Shown here: positions 51,900 through 64,000 of the stretch, one piece after another
Numbering within the stretch: the stretch's first letter is position 1
How the letters are laid out: each line of letters starts with the position of its first letter
Assembly: GCF_001194135.2 (NCBI RefSeq)
Contig: NC_068996.1
Span: 51,819,719-51,883,718, forward strand
Source of the DNA: Octopus bimaculoides
Taxonomy: Eukaryota
DNA: 64,000 bases
Direction: 5' to 3'
The notes under the pieces: model-generated
Seen by the model: only the letters and a program-made list of their open reading frames with translations
Told to the model about the DNA's origin: nothing
Databases searched by the model: none
Program-made: the position numbers and the translations under genes

Positions 51900-52545
51900 A
51901 GGCACATGGCCTGAAATTTCGTGGGAAGGGGGCTAGTTGATTATATCAACCCCAGTATACAACTGGTATTTATTTCATCAACACCAAAATAGTGAAAGGC
52001 AAAAATGATCTCAGTGGTATTTGAACTCAGAACGCAATGCTGGAATGGATACCACTTAGCATTTTGTCTTGCATAATAATGATTTTTGCCAGTTTACTGC
52101 CTTAAGGAAGAACAGTAATATTGGTTTTGAATTTTGGCACAAGGCCAGCAATCTCTGGGAAAGCTTAAATCAATTGCTTCGACCCCAGTGTTTCACTGGT
52201 ACTTATTTTATCGACCCCAAAAGGATGAAAGACAAAGTTGACCACGGCGGAATTTGAACTCAGCAGCATTTTGTCTGGTGTGCTGACAATTCTGTCAGCT
52301 TGCCAACTTTATTGATGATAATATGGATTTCAAATTTTGGCGCAAGGCCAGCAATTTCAGGGGAGGGAATAAGTCAATTACATTGACTCCAATACACAAC
52401 TGGTACTTAATTTATCAACCCCAAAATGATGAAACACAAAGTCAACTTCAGCAGAATTTGAACTCAGAACGTAAAGATGGAGGAAATGCTGCTAAGCATT
52501 TTGCATAATGTGCTCCTGATTCTGCCAGCTTTCCACCTTCGTTGA
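51900..52545 (-). mobile_element. Three head-to-tail SINE family C copies
   Basis: Repeated ggtacttatttt atcgacccc aaaaggatgaaag...gaatttgaactcag blocks. Confidence 0.85.
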
Positions 52546-53673
52546 TGATAACATTAACCCGAAGTTAATATTACCTAATATAAATAATATTCTCTTGAAC
52601 TTGTGACCACTACATCACATCATGTCTTGAACATTACACTTTTACAATCCAAGTGCAGGAGATAACTGCAAGATATCTAATGAGGAATTAAGATGGTGAC
52701 ACTTTTGAATACCCAAAGTGCATGTATTTACATCTTCAGCAAGACACCTGTCTCACTCCCTCTATCATAGTTTCTTATCTCTCAATGTTACACCCCACTT
52801 AATTGAGGGTTCTTGTCCAGTGATAGTCACATGAAAAAAGCACCCAGTACATTATTTGAAGAGGCTGGATTTAGGAATGGCATCCAGCTATAGAAGGCAT
52901 GCCAAACCAGGCATTGGAGCTTGGTACATCCTTCTGGCTTGTCCATGTTGAACCATCTAACCCATGCTAGCATGGGGAAAGGGGACAGAAACACACCAAC
53001 ATCTCTCTCCTCCTTACTCTACCATCCCATCTATGCTCTGATCCTTGTTACTCGTGACTATACCCTAGTATTTCACCACCATCTCTCTCCTGTTGCCCTT
53101 GCACTTTTGCTGTTTCCTATTCTCTCTCTTTCTCTTTCCCTTGCTCTAATTTCTGACCAGGTAACTAAGTATCTCCTTTACATCTGTTTCTGCCCTCTTT
53201 CTTGTACCCTCTCTCTCGCTCTCTTTCTCTCTACAAGACACCTGTTTCTGTCTCTCTGCCTCACTCTAACCATTCATCATCTGACACAGATCACCTTCTC
53301 CAATGCCCCCCTCCACCCTCAAAAGATTTTTACTTTTCAAGTTACTTGGTGATCCTGTCGGTGCTGGTGCCACATAAAAAGCATGCAACCCACATAGTAA
53401 GGTGGCATTTCAAAGGGCATCCAGCTGTAAAAATATTGCCAAAACTGACCTCGCCTGTGTTTGTGCCATGTAAAAAGCACTGAGTCCACTCAGTGGAGTG
53501 GTTGGTGTTAGGAAAGGCATCCAGCTGTAGAAACCCTGCCAAAACAGATACACTAGCCTGGGGTTGTCTTCTACCTGGCTGTCCCCTGTCAACCATTCTA
53601 CCTATGCATGCATGGAAGATGGATGTTAAACAATGATGATGATGATGTGTGTGTATATATATGTGTGTGTATA

Positions 53674-53764
<91 letters not shown>

Positions 53765-53946
53765 CAAAATAAGCAACAAGGATTTCCAGAGGTACGATCG
53801 TTTCAAGCAACTCCATTTAATTGAACAAATCCTCAACTGCATAAAGACAGAATTTAATTAAATTAAAACAGATGGACACGTTAGTATAATTTTGCCTAAA
53901 ATCTCCAAGAAGGTAAGGAGATAGACAGAGAACAGACTGTCTTCAC

Positions 53947-53993
<47 letters not shown>

Positions 53994-54153
53994 TTGTTTA
54001 CATATAATATACATGTGTATATATATAATATATATATAGAGAGGGAGAGAAAGAGAGAGCGATAGTTGAAATTTATAGAAAAACAAAAGACAAAGACAGG
54101 TGTATGAACAACAAGCAGGTGTATTAGTTTGACGCCCGGGGAAAATGAAAAAG

Positions 54154-54191
54154 TCTTTTACGTTTTGAGCCTATGCTCTTCAACAGAAAGG
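54154..54191 (-). ncRNA. Decayed copy of the A6U hammerhead motif
   Basis: CCTTT-CTGTTGA-A-GAGC(ATAG)GCTC-AAAA-CGT-A-AAAGA; G12 changed to A. Confidence 0.55.
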
Positions 54192-54899
54192 AATAAGAGA
54201 AAATAAACAGAGAAAGAGTGAAAAAAAACTTGTAGCATATATGTATGTATGTATGTATATATGTGTGTATGTAGTCACTATGAGGATATTTAGATCTCTT
54301 ATAGGGAATATTTTTATCCAAGATACACTGGTTTAATATATTGTTTTTTGAAGAGATATTTCTCGAATGAATATATTATGTAAAATATCATAAAATATAA
54401 AATGTACGTATGTATGTATGTATATAATTTTAGGAGAAGATGAACCTCTTCAATCATTTCCACTCATATACAAACAAACATAAGTAAATGTATAAGTTAT
54501 TTTCATAAAGAAATAATAAATCTTAATAGTGATTTAGAAGGGGCAACTGAAAGAACTGTTCTTAACCTCTCTGCATTGACACTGCTAAAGAATGTTGGTT
54601 TATAATTGCTTACATCAAGAATATTTTAAGGCATCCTTTACATTTTTTTTTATTTACAATACAATTATGAAAATAACGAAATACCATAGCATTTTTATGG
54701 TAACATTAGTGACATGTGATATTCCACTGCATTCATTAAGTTCTCTGCTAGATGTCAGAAATAGTTTACTGTCAACTATCTATAGAAGTAGGCCTTTGGT
54801 AGCTGCTATGCATCATTTCACTCGAAGTACACTTCCATTTGTGTTTTACACAACCAGCCTGTACATGTGAGCTGTGTTTACATAATCTATAATATACAT

Positions 54900-55075
54900 C
54901 TGTCTGTCTGTCTGTTTGCCTGCCTACTTTCCTGCCTGCTTGCCTGTCTGCCAGCCAGCCAGCCAGCCTGCCTGCTTGCCTGCCTGCCTGCCTGCTTGCC
55001 TGCCTGCCTGCCTGCCTGCCTGTCTGCCTGCCCACATGCCCGCCTGCCTACATGCCACCTTTCTTGCCTGCTTGT
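54900..55075. repeat. (GCCT)n/(GTCT)n tetranucleotide repeat
   Basis: Direct reading. Confidence 0.95.
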
Positions 55076-55177
55076 TCATACTATTTCACTCACCAATATT
55101 GAACATCTTTCTCTTTATTGCATTTTACACAAATATTAAACTTATATCCAGAATACCAGTGTGTGTATGTGTGTGTT

Positions 55178-55241
<64 letters not shown>

Positions 55242-55635
55242 CATGTATTTGAATGTATATGTGTGTATATGAATGTATATGTGTGTATATGAATGTATGT
55301 ATAAGCAGCTCTGTTACACGTACTTAACATAGATGTGTTGCTAAAACTCCAGGAGTTGTGGGTCTTTTTGTCCAGAAAAAAATCCCTTTCAAGACGTATA
55401 GTATTAAAAATATATTATACTTCAGAGATAGGTGAAAGAGAATCCCCTCCCCCAAGAAGTGATTATGAGAGCAGTAGATATGGTGTTTCACCAAATTAGT
55501 GGCTTATCATGCCACACACTTGCCTCAGTTCCAAAAGAAAATCAGGATCACTTGTCTGATAGTGTTTAAATTATTCCCTGATTTGCAAAGAGATTGCATA
55601 AGGAGGATAAATTCTATGCAATTGATGCAGCTCTA

Positions 55636-56530
55636 TATGGTAGTATCAAAAAGTTCTCAGACTAGTTCTGTAGCGCACCACCAGATGGCAGTACATGGCT
55701 GCATGCACATTGAAAGCTAGCATTGACCATCATGAGGCAGTGTGCCAAGTGACACCATGGTGTTTATTTCACAAGTGAAATTTGTATTTTCATGATCATG
55801 TGTAAGCTGTAGTCTGTGATTTTTGTCAAAAACAGGAACAAAAAACCAATGTGAAATTTTGTGTTAAACTTGGGAACTCTGCTACAGAGATGCTGAGCAT
55901 GCTTTGGCAAGCTTACAGAGATCAGGCAATGGGTTGTATGCAATGTTTTGAGTAGCACGGACACTTCAAAAGTGGAAGAATGTCCCTGGAAGACCTGCCA
56001 TGATCATCACTCCTGGAAATGTGCTATTGTGCATCAAGACTCCCCGCCCCCTGAGTCAGACCATTAATCAAGAGTTCTACTGCAACATTTTGAAGCATTT
56101 GAGGAAGGACATTTGGCGAAGGTGACCAGATCTGTGGAACACAAAGAATTGGATTCTTCATGATGACAATGTACCTGGTTACCAAACTCTCTTCACTCGT
56201 GAGTTTCCCACCAAAAAACAACATCGCTTCTGCACCCACCCTTTTCACCAGATTTAGCACCTACAGACTTCCATCTCTTCTTCAAGATGAAAATGCAGCT
56301 CAAAAGTCACCATTTTAACACCATTGTCAAGATCAAGAGTGAATCACAGAAGGTCCTCAAATTACTTACAGAAAACAACTTCCAGGCCAGATTCCAAAAG
56401 TGGTAGGAATGCTGGGACCAGTGTATTGCTGTGCGAGGTAACTATTTTGAACAGGATGGCATTAAAACTTAAGTAAATAAGTTTTTTTTTATAAACATAA
56501 CTAATCCAGGAACTTTTTGATGCCACCTCG
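55636..56530 (+). mobile_element. Internally deleted mariner with both TIRs and TA flanks
   Basis: NVKFCVKLGNSATEML...; WILHDDNVP...PFSPDLAPTDFHLFFKMK...WDQCIAVRGNYFE; TIR cores atcaaaaagttc and gaactttttgat. Confidence 0.9.
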
Positions 56531-57079
56531 TAGTAAACATATATATGTGCATGTGTGTGTGCTCCACTTGTTGGTTTTCTTCCTATGTTGATAAGAAGAA
56601 AACCACATACTTAGCTAGCCATACCTTGAACCTGAAGGCCAACAGTACCACACACACAATCAAGTGGAGTATTGTAGAACAAATCCACGCCATACATTAA
56701 TGAGTTGAGGAGGTGCAACCTCTGTATATTTGAAAGAATGCATGTCTTTTTTAAATATAAAAACTCTACCAACCTACTTTATTCTAGATCCAAAATTTTC
56801 ACTAAATATAAGTATCTGGATAAGTTTCTATTATCAAACTGGAAAACACCACTCTCTCTAGGTCAAGCATGCAATCTTACTATCTTAAACCTTTTCCCAC
56901 TGAATTAATTATATCAAACATTGTTAATTCCTATTTAGGTGGGTCAAAGGACACAACTATTGTTGCCGTTTCCTCCATGCTTTTTTTCCTTATTCCCTTT
57001 TTTGATTTACTTTTGCCTCTCCTTCTTTCTTCTTTCACTTTTTCTTAGAGAGAAGCCATGTTGTATTTTGAGTGAATCA

Positions 57080-57420
57080 CCAGCCATCTTGGTCCTTTGT
57101 CATCTCATCTGTAAGAATTAGTATCTTTCTTCAATACTCTGTCCCATGTCTTCCTGGGTCTCTCTCTTCAACAAGTTCCATCCAGTTTAAGCAACCAGCC
57201 TTTCTTTATGCAACTGTTGTCATCCATCTGCATCACATATCCAAATCAGTGCAGTCTTCTCTCCTCACACTACATCTGATTCCTCTTATACCCAATTTTT
57301 CTCTCGTTTCTCTAGCATTTTGGCATTCATGCAGACTGACATCGCACATTTAGTGGAAAATGCTATCTTCATTCCTTTCTAGTCTTGCATGTCCTCTGCA
57401 TTCAGGGCTCATGCCTCACA
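57080..57420 (-). mobile_element. RTE LINE 3' remnant
   Basis: Reverse strand gives decayed RRLHWFGYVMQMDDNSCIKK...RPRKTWD. Confidence 0.8.
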
Positions 57421-57981
57421 CTTCCCACTTTGTTCATCACTATATTCACCTTCACCTTCGACTCTAGCCTTCTGTTACTTCCCCTCACACTCTTATGAAC
57501 CTACCACATCTCCCCCACTGTCTACATCCATTTTTATACTCGCCTTCTTGTATCTTGAAATAGTCTGGCATCTCATTACCACCATCTCCACCTTCTTTTC
57601 AGTTGGTTAGCCATGTATCTCTTCTATAGCAAGACACCTTGCTATAGATATCTTGTGCTTTTTGCCTCTGAACACTTGGCACAAAATCATCAGCCACACC
57701 CTCTTAAATACTCCACTTTCATTTAATTGAGGGGCTTTGTTCTTTTACTTGTTCTCTTGTATCTCTATTTATCTGGTGATCCTACTGGTTCCAGTGCCAT
57801 GTAAAAAGCACCCAGTCCGTGCTATAAAATGGTTTGTGTTAAGAAAGGCATCCAACCAAAGAAACCATGCCAAAACGGACATGGAATCTGGGCAGCTCTA
57901 CAGCTGGCCAGCTCCTGTTAAACTGTCCAACCCATGCCAGCATGGAAAACAGATGTTAAATGATGATGATGATGATGATGA

Positions 57982-58014
<33 letters not shown>

Positions 58015-58081
58015 GAGGTATTCTGAGAAACTTGTCAGAGAAATGCTCATCATATTAGAAGAAAATTGCAAGAGGTACATA

Positions 58082-59299
58082 CAGGGGTTGGATAAAATAA
58101 TGGAAACACCTTAAAATTTCAAACAAATTTATTTTAATATGGGGTAGGACCACCTTTTGGCAGTAATTACAGCTTGAATTCTATGAGGTATGGACTCGTA
58201 CAAAGTTTGAATTGTTTCCAAAGGAATTTTTGTCCATTCTTCAGCTAAAACAATCTCCAGTTCTTGTAGTGATGATGGTGGAGGATATCGACTCCTTATT
58301 TATTTTTCTAAAATGCACCATAAATGTTCAATAATATTGAGATTAGGGGACTGTGGTGGCCAGATAAGATGTTCAACTTCACTAGAATGTTCCTCGTACC
58401 ATTCAGTAACAACTTTAGCTGTGTGAATTGGTTCATTATCATCCTGAAAGATTGCGTTTCCCTCTTGACTATTAATTCTGTCATGAAGGAAAACCATTGG
58501 GCCAGTGGATTTCTAAGATATAGCCCTCCAGATCATCACAGATTCTCCTCCATGTTTAACAGTTGGAAGAAGGTTGTCTGGATCAAATGCTTCTTTTGGC
58601 TGTCTCCACACATATACTCGGCCGATGGTCAGAAATAAGGTAAAGGATGGCTCGACCGAGAAAATAACATTCTTCCACTGCTCTAGGGACCACTTCTGTA
58701 GGTTTTTACTCCACTCTAAAGGCTTGCAATGTTTGTTTTTGAAAGTAGTGGTTTTCTGATTGCAGCCCTCCCGTGAAATCCAGCTTTGTGCAGCTCCTGG
58801 TGAACAGTTTTTGTGGAAACTGGGTTCTCGAGGTGGTCATTAAGCTCTGCAGTAATTTTGGGAGCTGTACTTTTGTGATCCTTTCTAACAATTTGTGTAA
58901 GAGTCCGATGATTCCTATCTGAAAAATTTGGTTTTCTTCTGGAGTTTTGTTTTGACGAGGAGGTTTTGTTCTCTTTCTCAAAGGTACTTTTCCCTCTTTC
59001 AAGAAGGTACTTTTTGATACACCAAACATTTTGGCTGCTTTCGTTACATTAGCGCCTGCCATACAAGCACCAACAATTTGATGTCTCTGAAAGTCCAATA
59101 GATCTGTCATTTTAATGAATTTTAATTACCTTTTTCTCATGATATTTGAAAAGAAACAGCAATTTTAGCCAAACATATTAAGCAACACTAACAATAAATC
59201 AAAAAACATAAAAATAAACAAGCTTTTGACGGTTTTATAGATATTTCAAAATTATGATGCTATGATGCTAGGTGTTTCCATTATTTTGTCCAACCCCGG
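58082..59299 (-). mobile_element. Tc1-family transposon, DD36E spacing, 29-bp TIRs, TA TSD; defective
   Basis: TIR CAGGGGTTGGATAAAATAATGGAAACACC, 27/29 match to the other end; FQDDNEPIHTAK...WPPQSPNLNIIEHLW has 36 residues between D and E; first D mutated (FSVEPS); frameshifts. Confidence 0.93.
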
Positions 59300-60135
59300 T
59301 AACCTTTGAGCAAGAGAATACCAGCAACATTGACAAGAATAGTAATCTTTCCTGGATCTGCAATTAAACTCATCACATCTCACTAAGAAGACTATGTCAT
59401 TGTTATCCAGGGACAGGAGATAACTATTAAATATCTGATTAATAGAGAGATAAGGATACCTTTAGACTTCCAAGTTCTGAAAGAAAATGTTGGTTGTGCC
59501 AGTGTGGATGATATTATCCAGAATCATCCAAAAATGTCCACAAGGCACTATCTTCTCATGTAATAACATTATTGGTAAAACCATTACTATGTTATCCACT
59601 AGAAGGTTTATCCTAAAAGCCATATCAATGGTAGAACAGAATAAAAATATATCCATCACTTAAAAAATAAGGAATAATTGAGGAACAGTTCAATAAAAAC
59701 AGTAATTTGAGGCAATCACAATTGGGTTGATATTCTTTACTACTCTAGGAACAAGGCCTGAAATTTTGGGGGAGGGGTCCAGATGATTAGATCAACCCCA
59801 GTACACAACTGGTACTTAATTTATCGACCCCGAAAGGATGAAAGGCAAAGTCGACCTTAGCAGTATTTGAACTCAGAACATATAGACAGACAAAATACCA
59901 CTAAGCATTTTTCCCAGTGTGCTGATGTTTCAGCCAGCTCACTGCCTTACAATTGAGGTAATATTGTTTGTTTTATGGGAGAGAAAGAGAATAAAACTCA
60001 TGAAGAACTTAGATACCAGAAGTGAGTGTCTTCTCTAAAATTGGATAAAATAAGAACATTTGAGGTGACTTAATGAGGAACTTACTGCTCTTAAATCAAG
60101 GCTGAAGATTTTCATTCATATCTATTATTGTAAGT

Positions 60136-60510
60136 GGAGGTGCAATGGCCCAGTGGTTAGGGCAGCGGACTCACGGTCATAGGATCGCGGTTTCGATTCC
60201 CAGACTGGGCATTGTGAGTGTTTATTGAGCGAAAACACCTAAAGTTCCACGAGGCTCCGGCAGGGGATGGTGACGATCCCTGCTGTACTCTTTCACCACA
60301 ACTTTCTCTCACTCTTACTTCCTGTTTCTGTTGTGCCTGTAATTCAAAGGGTCAGCCTTGTCACACTGTGTCACGCTGAATATCCCCAAGAACTACATTA
60401 AGGGTACACATGTCTGTGGAGTGCTCAGCCACTTGCATGTTAATTTCACGAGCAGGCTGTTCCGTTGATCGGATCAACTGGAACCCTCGACGGAGTACCA
60501 ACACACACAC
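60136..60510 (+). mobile_element. Full-length tRNA-derived SINE with 12-bp TSD ATTATTGTAAGT
   Basis: A box tggcccagtggttagg, B box ggtttcgattccc, (AC)n tail; TSD at 60124-60135 and 60511-60522. Confidence 0.93.
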
Positions 60511-61375
60511 ATTATTGTAAGTATTGGGTTGTATCACAACTGTTTGTATAAAGACCTCATAAAGCTGGAGTTCTCCAAGAAAAAGAACAATGTAAATTGA
60601 TTTGCATCCTCCAAATATGATTAGTGGTGCAGTGAAGATTTGTAAAACATTCCAGGGATTCTCCTTTTGAGTTTCCTGAAATATATGTGCACATAGCATG
60701 GACAAACTCACATTTGTAAGCAGTAATGGATTGGATTGCCCATGTTCAGTGCATCGAAGGACAAAGGCCTCAGCATGTTCTCTTCACTAACCACAGTCCT
60801 GGATTGGAGGCTTGAGATGATACTGAATGAGCACTTGCATAAGGACATGCACTTAGATATTTGCACACATTTATTCATTCACGTATTCACCAATCCCAGG
60901 AATTGTCTTCACACAAACAAAAGAGCCTTATCATTTTGTGGCCCCTGTAGCTATATGCCTTAACTTGGTATATGTCTGATGTAACTGGCTGTAGTGGGTG
61001 TGGTGAAATGGGATGCTATTGTGACATACAGTGTGTCTTTGGAATTTTTAAAATTAGCAAAACCCATTCCTCTACAGAACTGGCAGAAAACTGATTTCTC
61101 CCTAAGAGAGAGAAGGAGGGTGAGAGAAGGGGGGACAAAGAGAGAGAGGGGGGGGGGAAATTGACCTTTGTGACATTTATCATACTCAGGTGGCAGAAAG
61201 CCAAAATGAATACTGCAAGGTAATCAATGCGATGTTCTAACAATTACTAATTGGCAAGCTTATTACTTATTTTCATCTTTACATTTACACATGCTTGCAT
61301 CTCTCAATCTATTCAACCAGATGACCAGTCAAGCCAACCATATATACATACATGCAAGCATGCAAACATGTCTGC

Positions 61376-61418
<43 letters not shown>

Positions 61419-62038
61419 NNNNNNNNNNNNNNNNNNNNNNNNNNNNNNNNNNNNNNNNNNNNNNNNNNNNNNNNNNNNNNNNNNNNNNNNNNNNNNNNNN
61501 NNNNNNNNNNNNNNNNNNNNNNNNNNNNNNNNNNNNNNNNNNNNNNNNNNNNNNNNNNNNNNNNNNNNNNNNNNNNNNNNNNNNNNNNNNNNNNNNNNNN
61601 NNNNNNNNNNNNNNNNNNNNNNNNNNNNNNNNNNNNNNNNNNNNNNNNNNNNNNNNNNNNNNNNNNNNNNNNNNNNNNNNNNNNNNNNNNNNNNNNNNNN
61701 NNNNNNNNNNNNNNNNNNNNNNNNNNNNNNNNNNNNNNNNNNNNNNNNNNNNNNNNNNNNNNNNNNNNNNNNNNNNNNNNNNNNNNNNNNNNNNNNNNNN
61801 NNNNNNNNNNNNNNNNNNNNNNNNNNNNNNNNNNNNNNNNNNNNNNNNNNNNNNNNNNNNNNNNNNNNNNNNNNNNNNNNNNNNNNNNNNNNNNNNNNNN
61901 NNNNNNNNNNNNNNNNNNNNNNNNNNNNNNNNNNNNNNNNNNNNNNNNNNNNNNNNNNNNNNNNNNNNNNNNNNNNNNNNNNNNNNNNNNNNNNNNNNNN
62001 NNNNNNNNNNNNNNNNNNNNNNNNNNNNNNNNNNNNNC

Positions 62039-62395
62039 TAATGTTCGAAGGTCTTGCCTCACCACCTCAGCCCAGGTCTTCCTGGGCCTACCTCTTCCAC
62101 GGGTTCCCTCAACTGTTAGGGTGTGGCACTTTTTCACGCAGCTATCCTCCTCCATTCTCACCACATGTCCATACCAGCGCAATCGTCTCTCTTGCACGCC
62201 ACAACTGATGCTTCTAATGTTCAGCTTTTCTCTCAAGATACTTACACTCTGACGGGTATTCACATTGACATTACACATCCAACGGAGCATACTGGCTTCA
62301 TTCCTTGCGAGCTTACGTATGTCCTCAGCAGTTACAGCCCATGTTTCACTGCCATGTAGCATGGCTGTTCGTACACATGCTTCATATAGTCTGCC
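62039..62395 (-). mobile_element. RTE LINE 3' coding fragment, well preserved
   Basis: GRLYEACVRTAMLHGSETWA...RRLRWYGHVVRM...GRGRPRKTWAEVVRQDL; continues into a gap. Confidence 0.95.
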
Positions 62396-63229
62396 ATTAT
62401 AAATATAGTTTTGATTACAGAGGACCCCTAAATAAGCTAGGTGTATTAAAATGAAGTATGCTGTAGATTGGCTAGACAGAATGACACAAGCCAGATAGTT
62501 AATTAATCCATTACCATAGTACAAAATGCAGTGGTGATATGTATGTGTGTGGGGTTATAAACACACACACACATACATATGTATATATACATATATATAT
62601 ACACATACATACATATATAGTACGTGTGTGCGTGTGTGCACCAAAGCATGCCTCGCTAGTGCTGGTGCCACATAAAAAGCACCCAGCCCACTCTGTAAAG
62701 TGGTTGATTTTTAGGAAGAGCATCCAACAGTAGAAACCATGCCAAAGTAGACAGTGGATCTTGGTGCAGTCCTCTATCTTGCCAGCTTCTGTCAAACCCA
62801 TACCAGTATGGAAAATGGATGTTAAGTGATGATGAGATGATGATGATGAAGGTATATATATATATATATATATATATACATAGATATCATTATCATCATT
62901 TAACATCCGTTGTTCATAGTGACATGGGTTGGACTGCTTGACCAGGGCTGGCAAGCTGTAAGACTGCACCAGACTCCAGTCTGCATTGGCATGGTTTCTA
63001 CAACTGGATGCCCTTCTTAATGCCAACCACTCTGAGAGCGTAATGGGTGCTTTTACATGTCACTGGCACAGGTGCCATTTGCATGACACCAGTATCTGCC
63101 ATGACCGTGATTCTACTTGACTTGATGGATCTTTTCAAGCAAGAAATAATGTCAAAAGTCTCAGTCATTTGTCATTGCCTCCACAAGGACCAACACTCGA
63201 AAGGAGTTTTTCGCACGCCACAAGTATTG

Positions 63230-63790
63230 GCCACTTTACCTCAGTGAGGCCCAATGCTCGAAAGGTGCTATTTGCGTGCCACTGGCATGGCTACCAGTTA
63301 CATGACACCAGCATCAGCCACAACAACAATCTCACTTGGCTTGACAGGTCATCTCAAGCAAGGTCTTGGTCACTAGTCTTTGCTTCAGTGAGGCCCACAG
63401 TTCGAAGATCATGCTTCACCACCTCCTCCTCCCACGTCTTCCTGGGTTTACCTCTACCACGGGTTCCCTCCACAGTTAGAGATCGGCACTTCTTTACACA
63501 GCTGTTCTCATCCATATGCATCACATGACAAAACCAACACAGTCATCTCTCTTGTATACCACATCTGATGCCTCTTATTCCTAACTTTCACACAAGATGC
63601 TTACACTCTGACAAACATACACACTGACATTGCACATCCAGCAAAACATACTAACTTCATTTCTTTCAGGCTGTTCTCAGCTGTCACAACCCGTGTTTCA
63701 CTGCTGTTCACACACAGGCATACAATCTACCTTTCACCCTGAGAGAGATGCCCTTTGTTGTCAGCAGGAGTAGGAGCTCTTTGAACTTAC
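63230..63790 (-). mobile_element. RTE LINE 3' fragment with UTR
   Basis: Homologous to 62039-62395 (cttcctgggtttacctctaccacgggttccctc). Confidence 0.88.
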
Positions 63791-64000
63791 ACACACACAT
63801 ATATATATATTGGATTACATTGGAAATTCCAGATGTATAAGCAAAACCTGGAATCAAAGAGCCTTAAACTTAACTTAGCAAACCCAAAAGTTCTTGTATG
63901 CTGAGAAAAACAGAACAAAACTTTTATCAGGAAAATGGCCCTGCTCAATACATAGAAATGTGTGGGTAGAAATCCTGTTTGGTGTATGCAGTATAAACTA

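Noticed and set aside
54654-54779. Possible terminal exon with a GPI-signal-like tail (NECSGISHVTNVTIKMLWYFVIFIIVL*)
   Set aside because: Weak acceptor, and hydrophobic tails arise easily in AT-rich DNA.

Overview
AT-rich, gap-ridden eukaryotic scaffold. The (TA)n/(CA)n/(GA)n microsatellite load, SINE families and LINE types fit a coleoid cephalopod, most likely Octopus (inference). No complete protein-coding gene is visible, and most entries in the ORF track are translations of microsatellites or N gaps. The readable coding sequence comes from decayed mobile elements: four Penelope-like remnants, two R4/Dong LINEs (one inserted in a (TAA)n tract), several RTE fragments, one CR1-like and one probable L1/Tx1-like LINE, a Tc1 element with DD36E spacing, two mariners, hAT remnants and a ~2.8 kb AcademX-like element with long TIRs. 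Many tRNA-derived and RTE-tailed SINEs are also present. CpG is abundant at ~1-7 kb and ~48.3-50 kb and depleted elsewhere, suggesting methylated gene bodies either side of a promoter near 49-50 kb; the best candidate host exon is at 22329-22462 (-). The most interesting signals are three minimal hammerhead-ribozyme motifs with non-canonical cores, a near-perfect 79-nt hairpin, several long fold-backs and closely spaced inverted SINE pairs.
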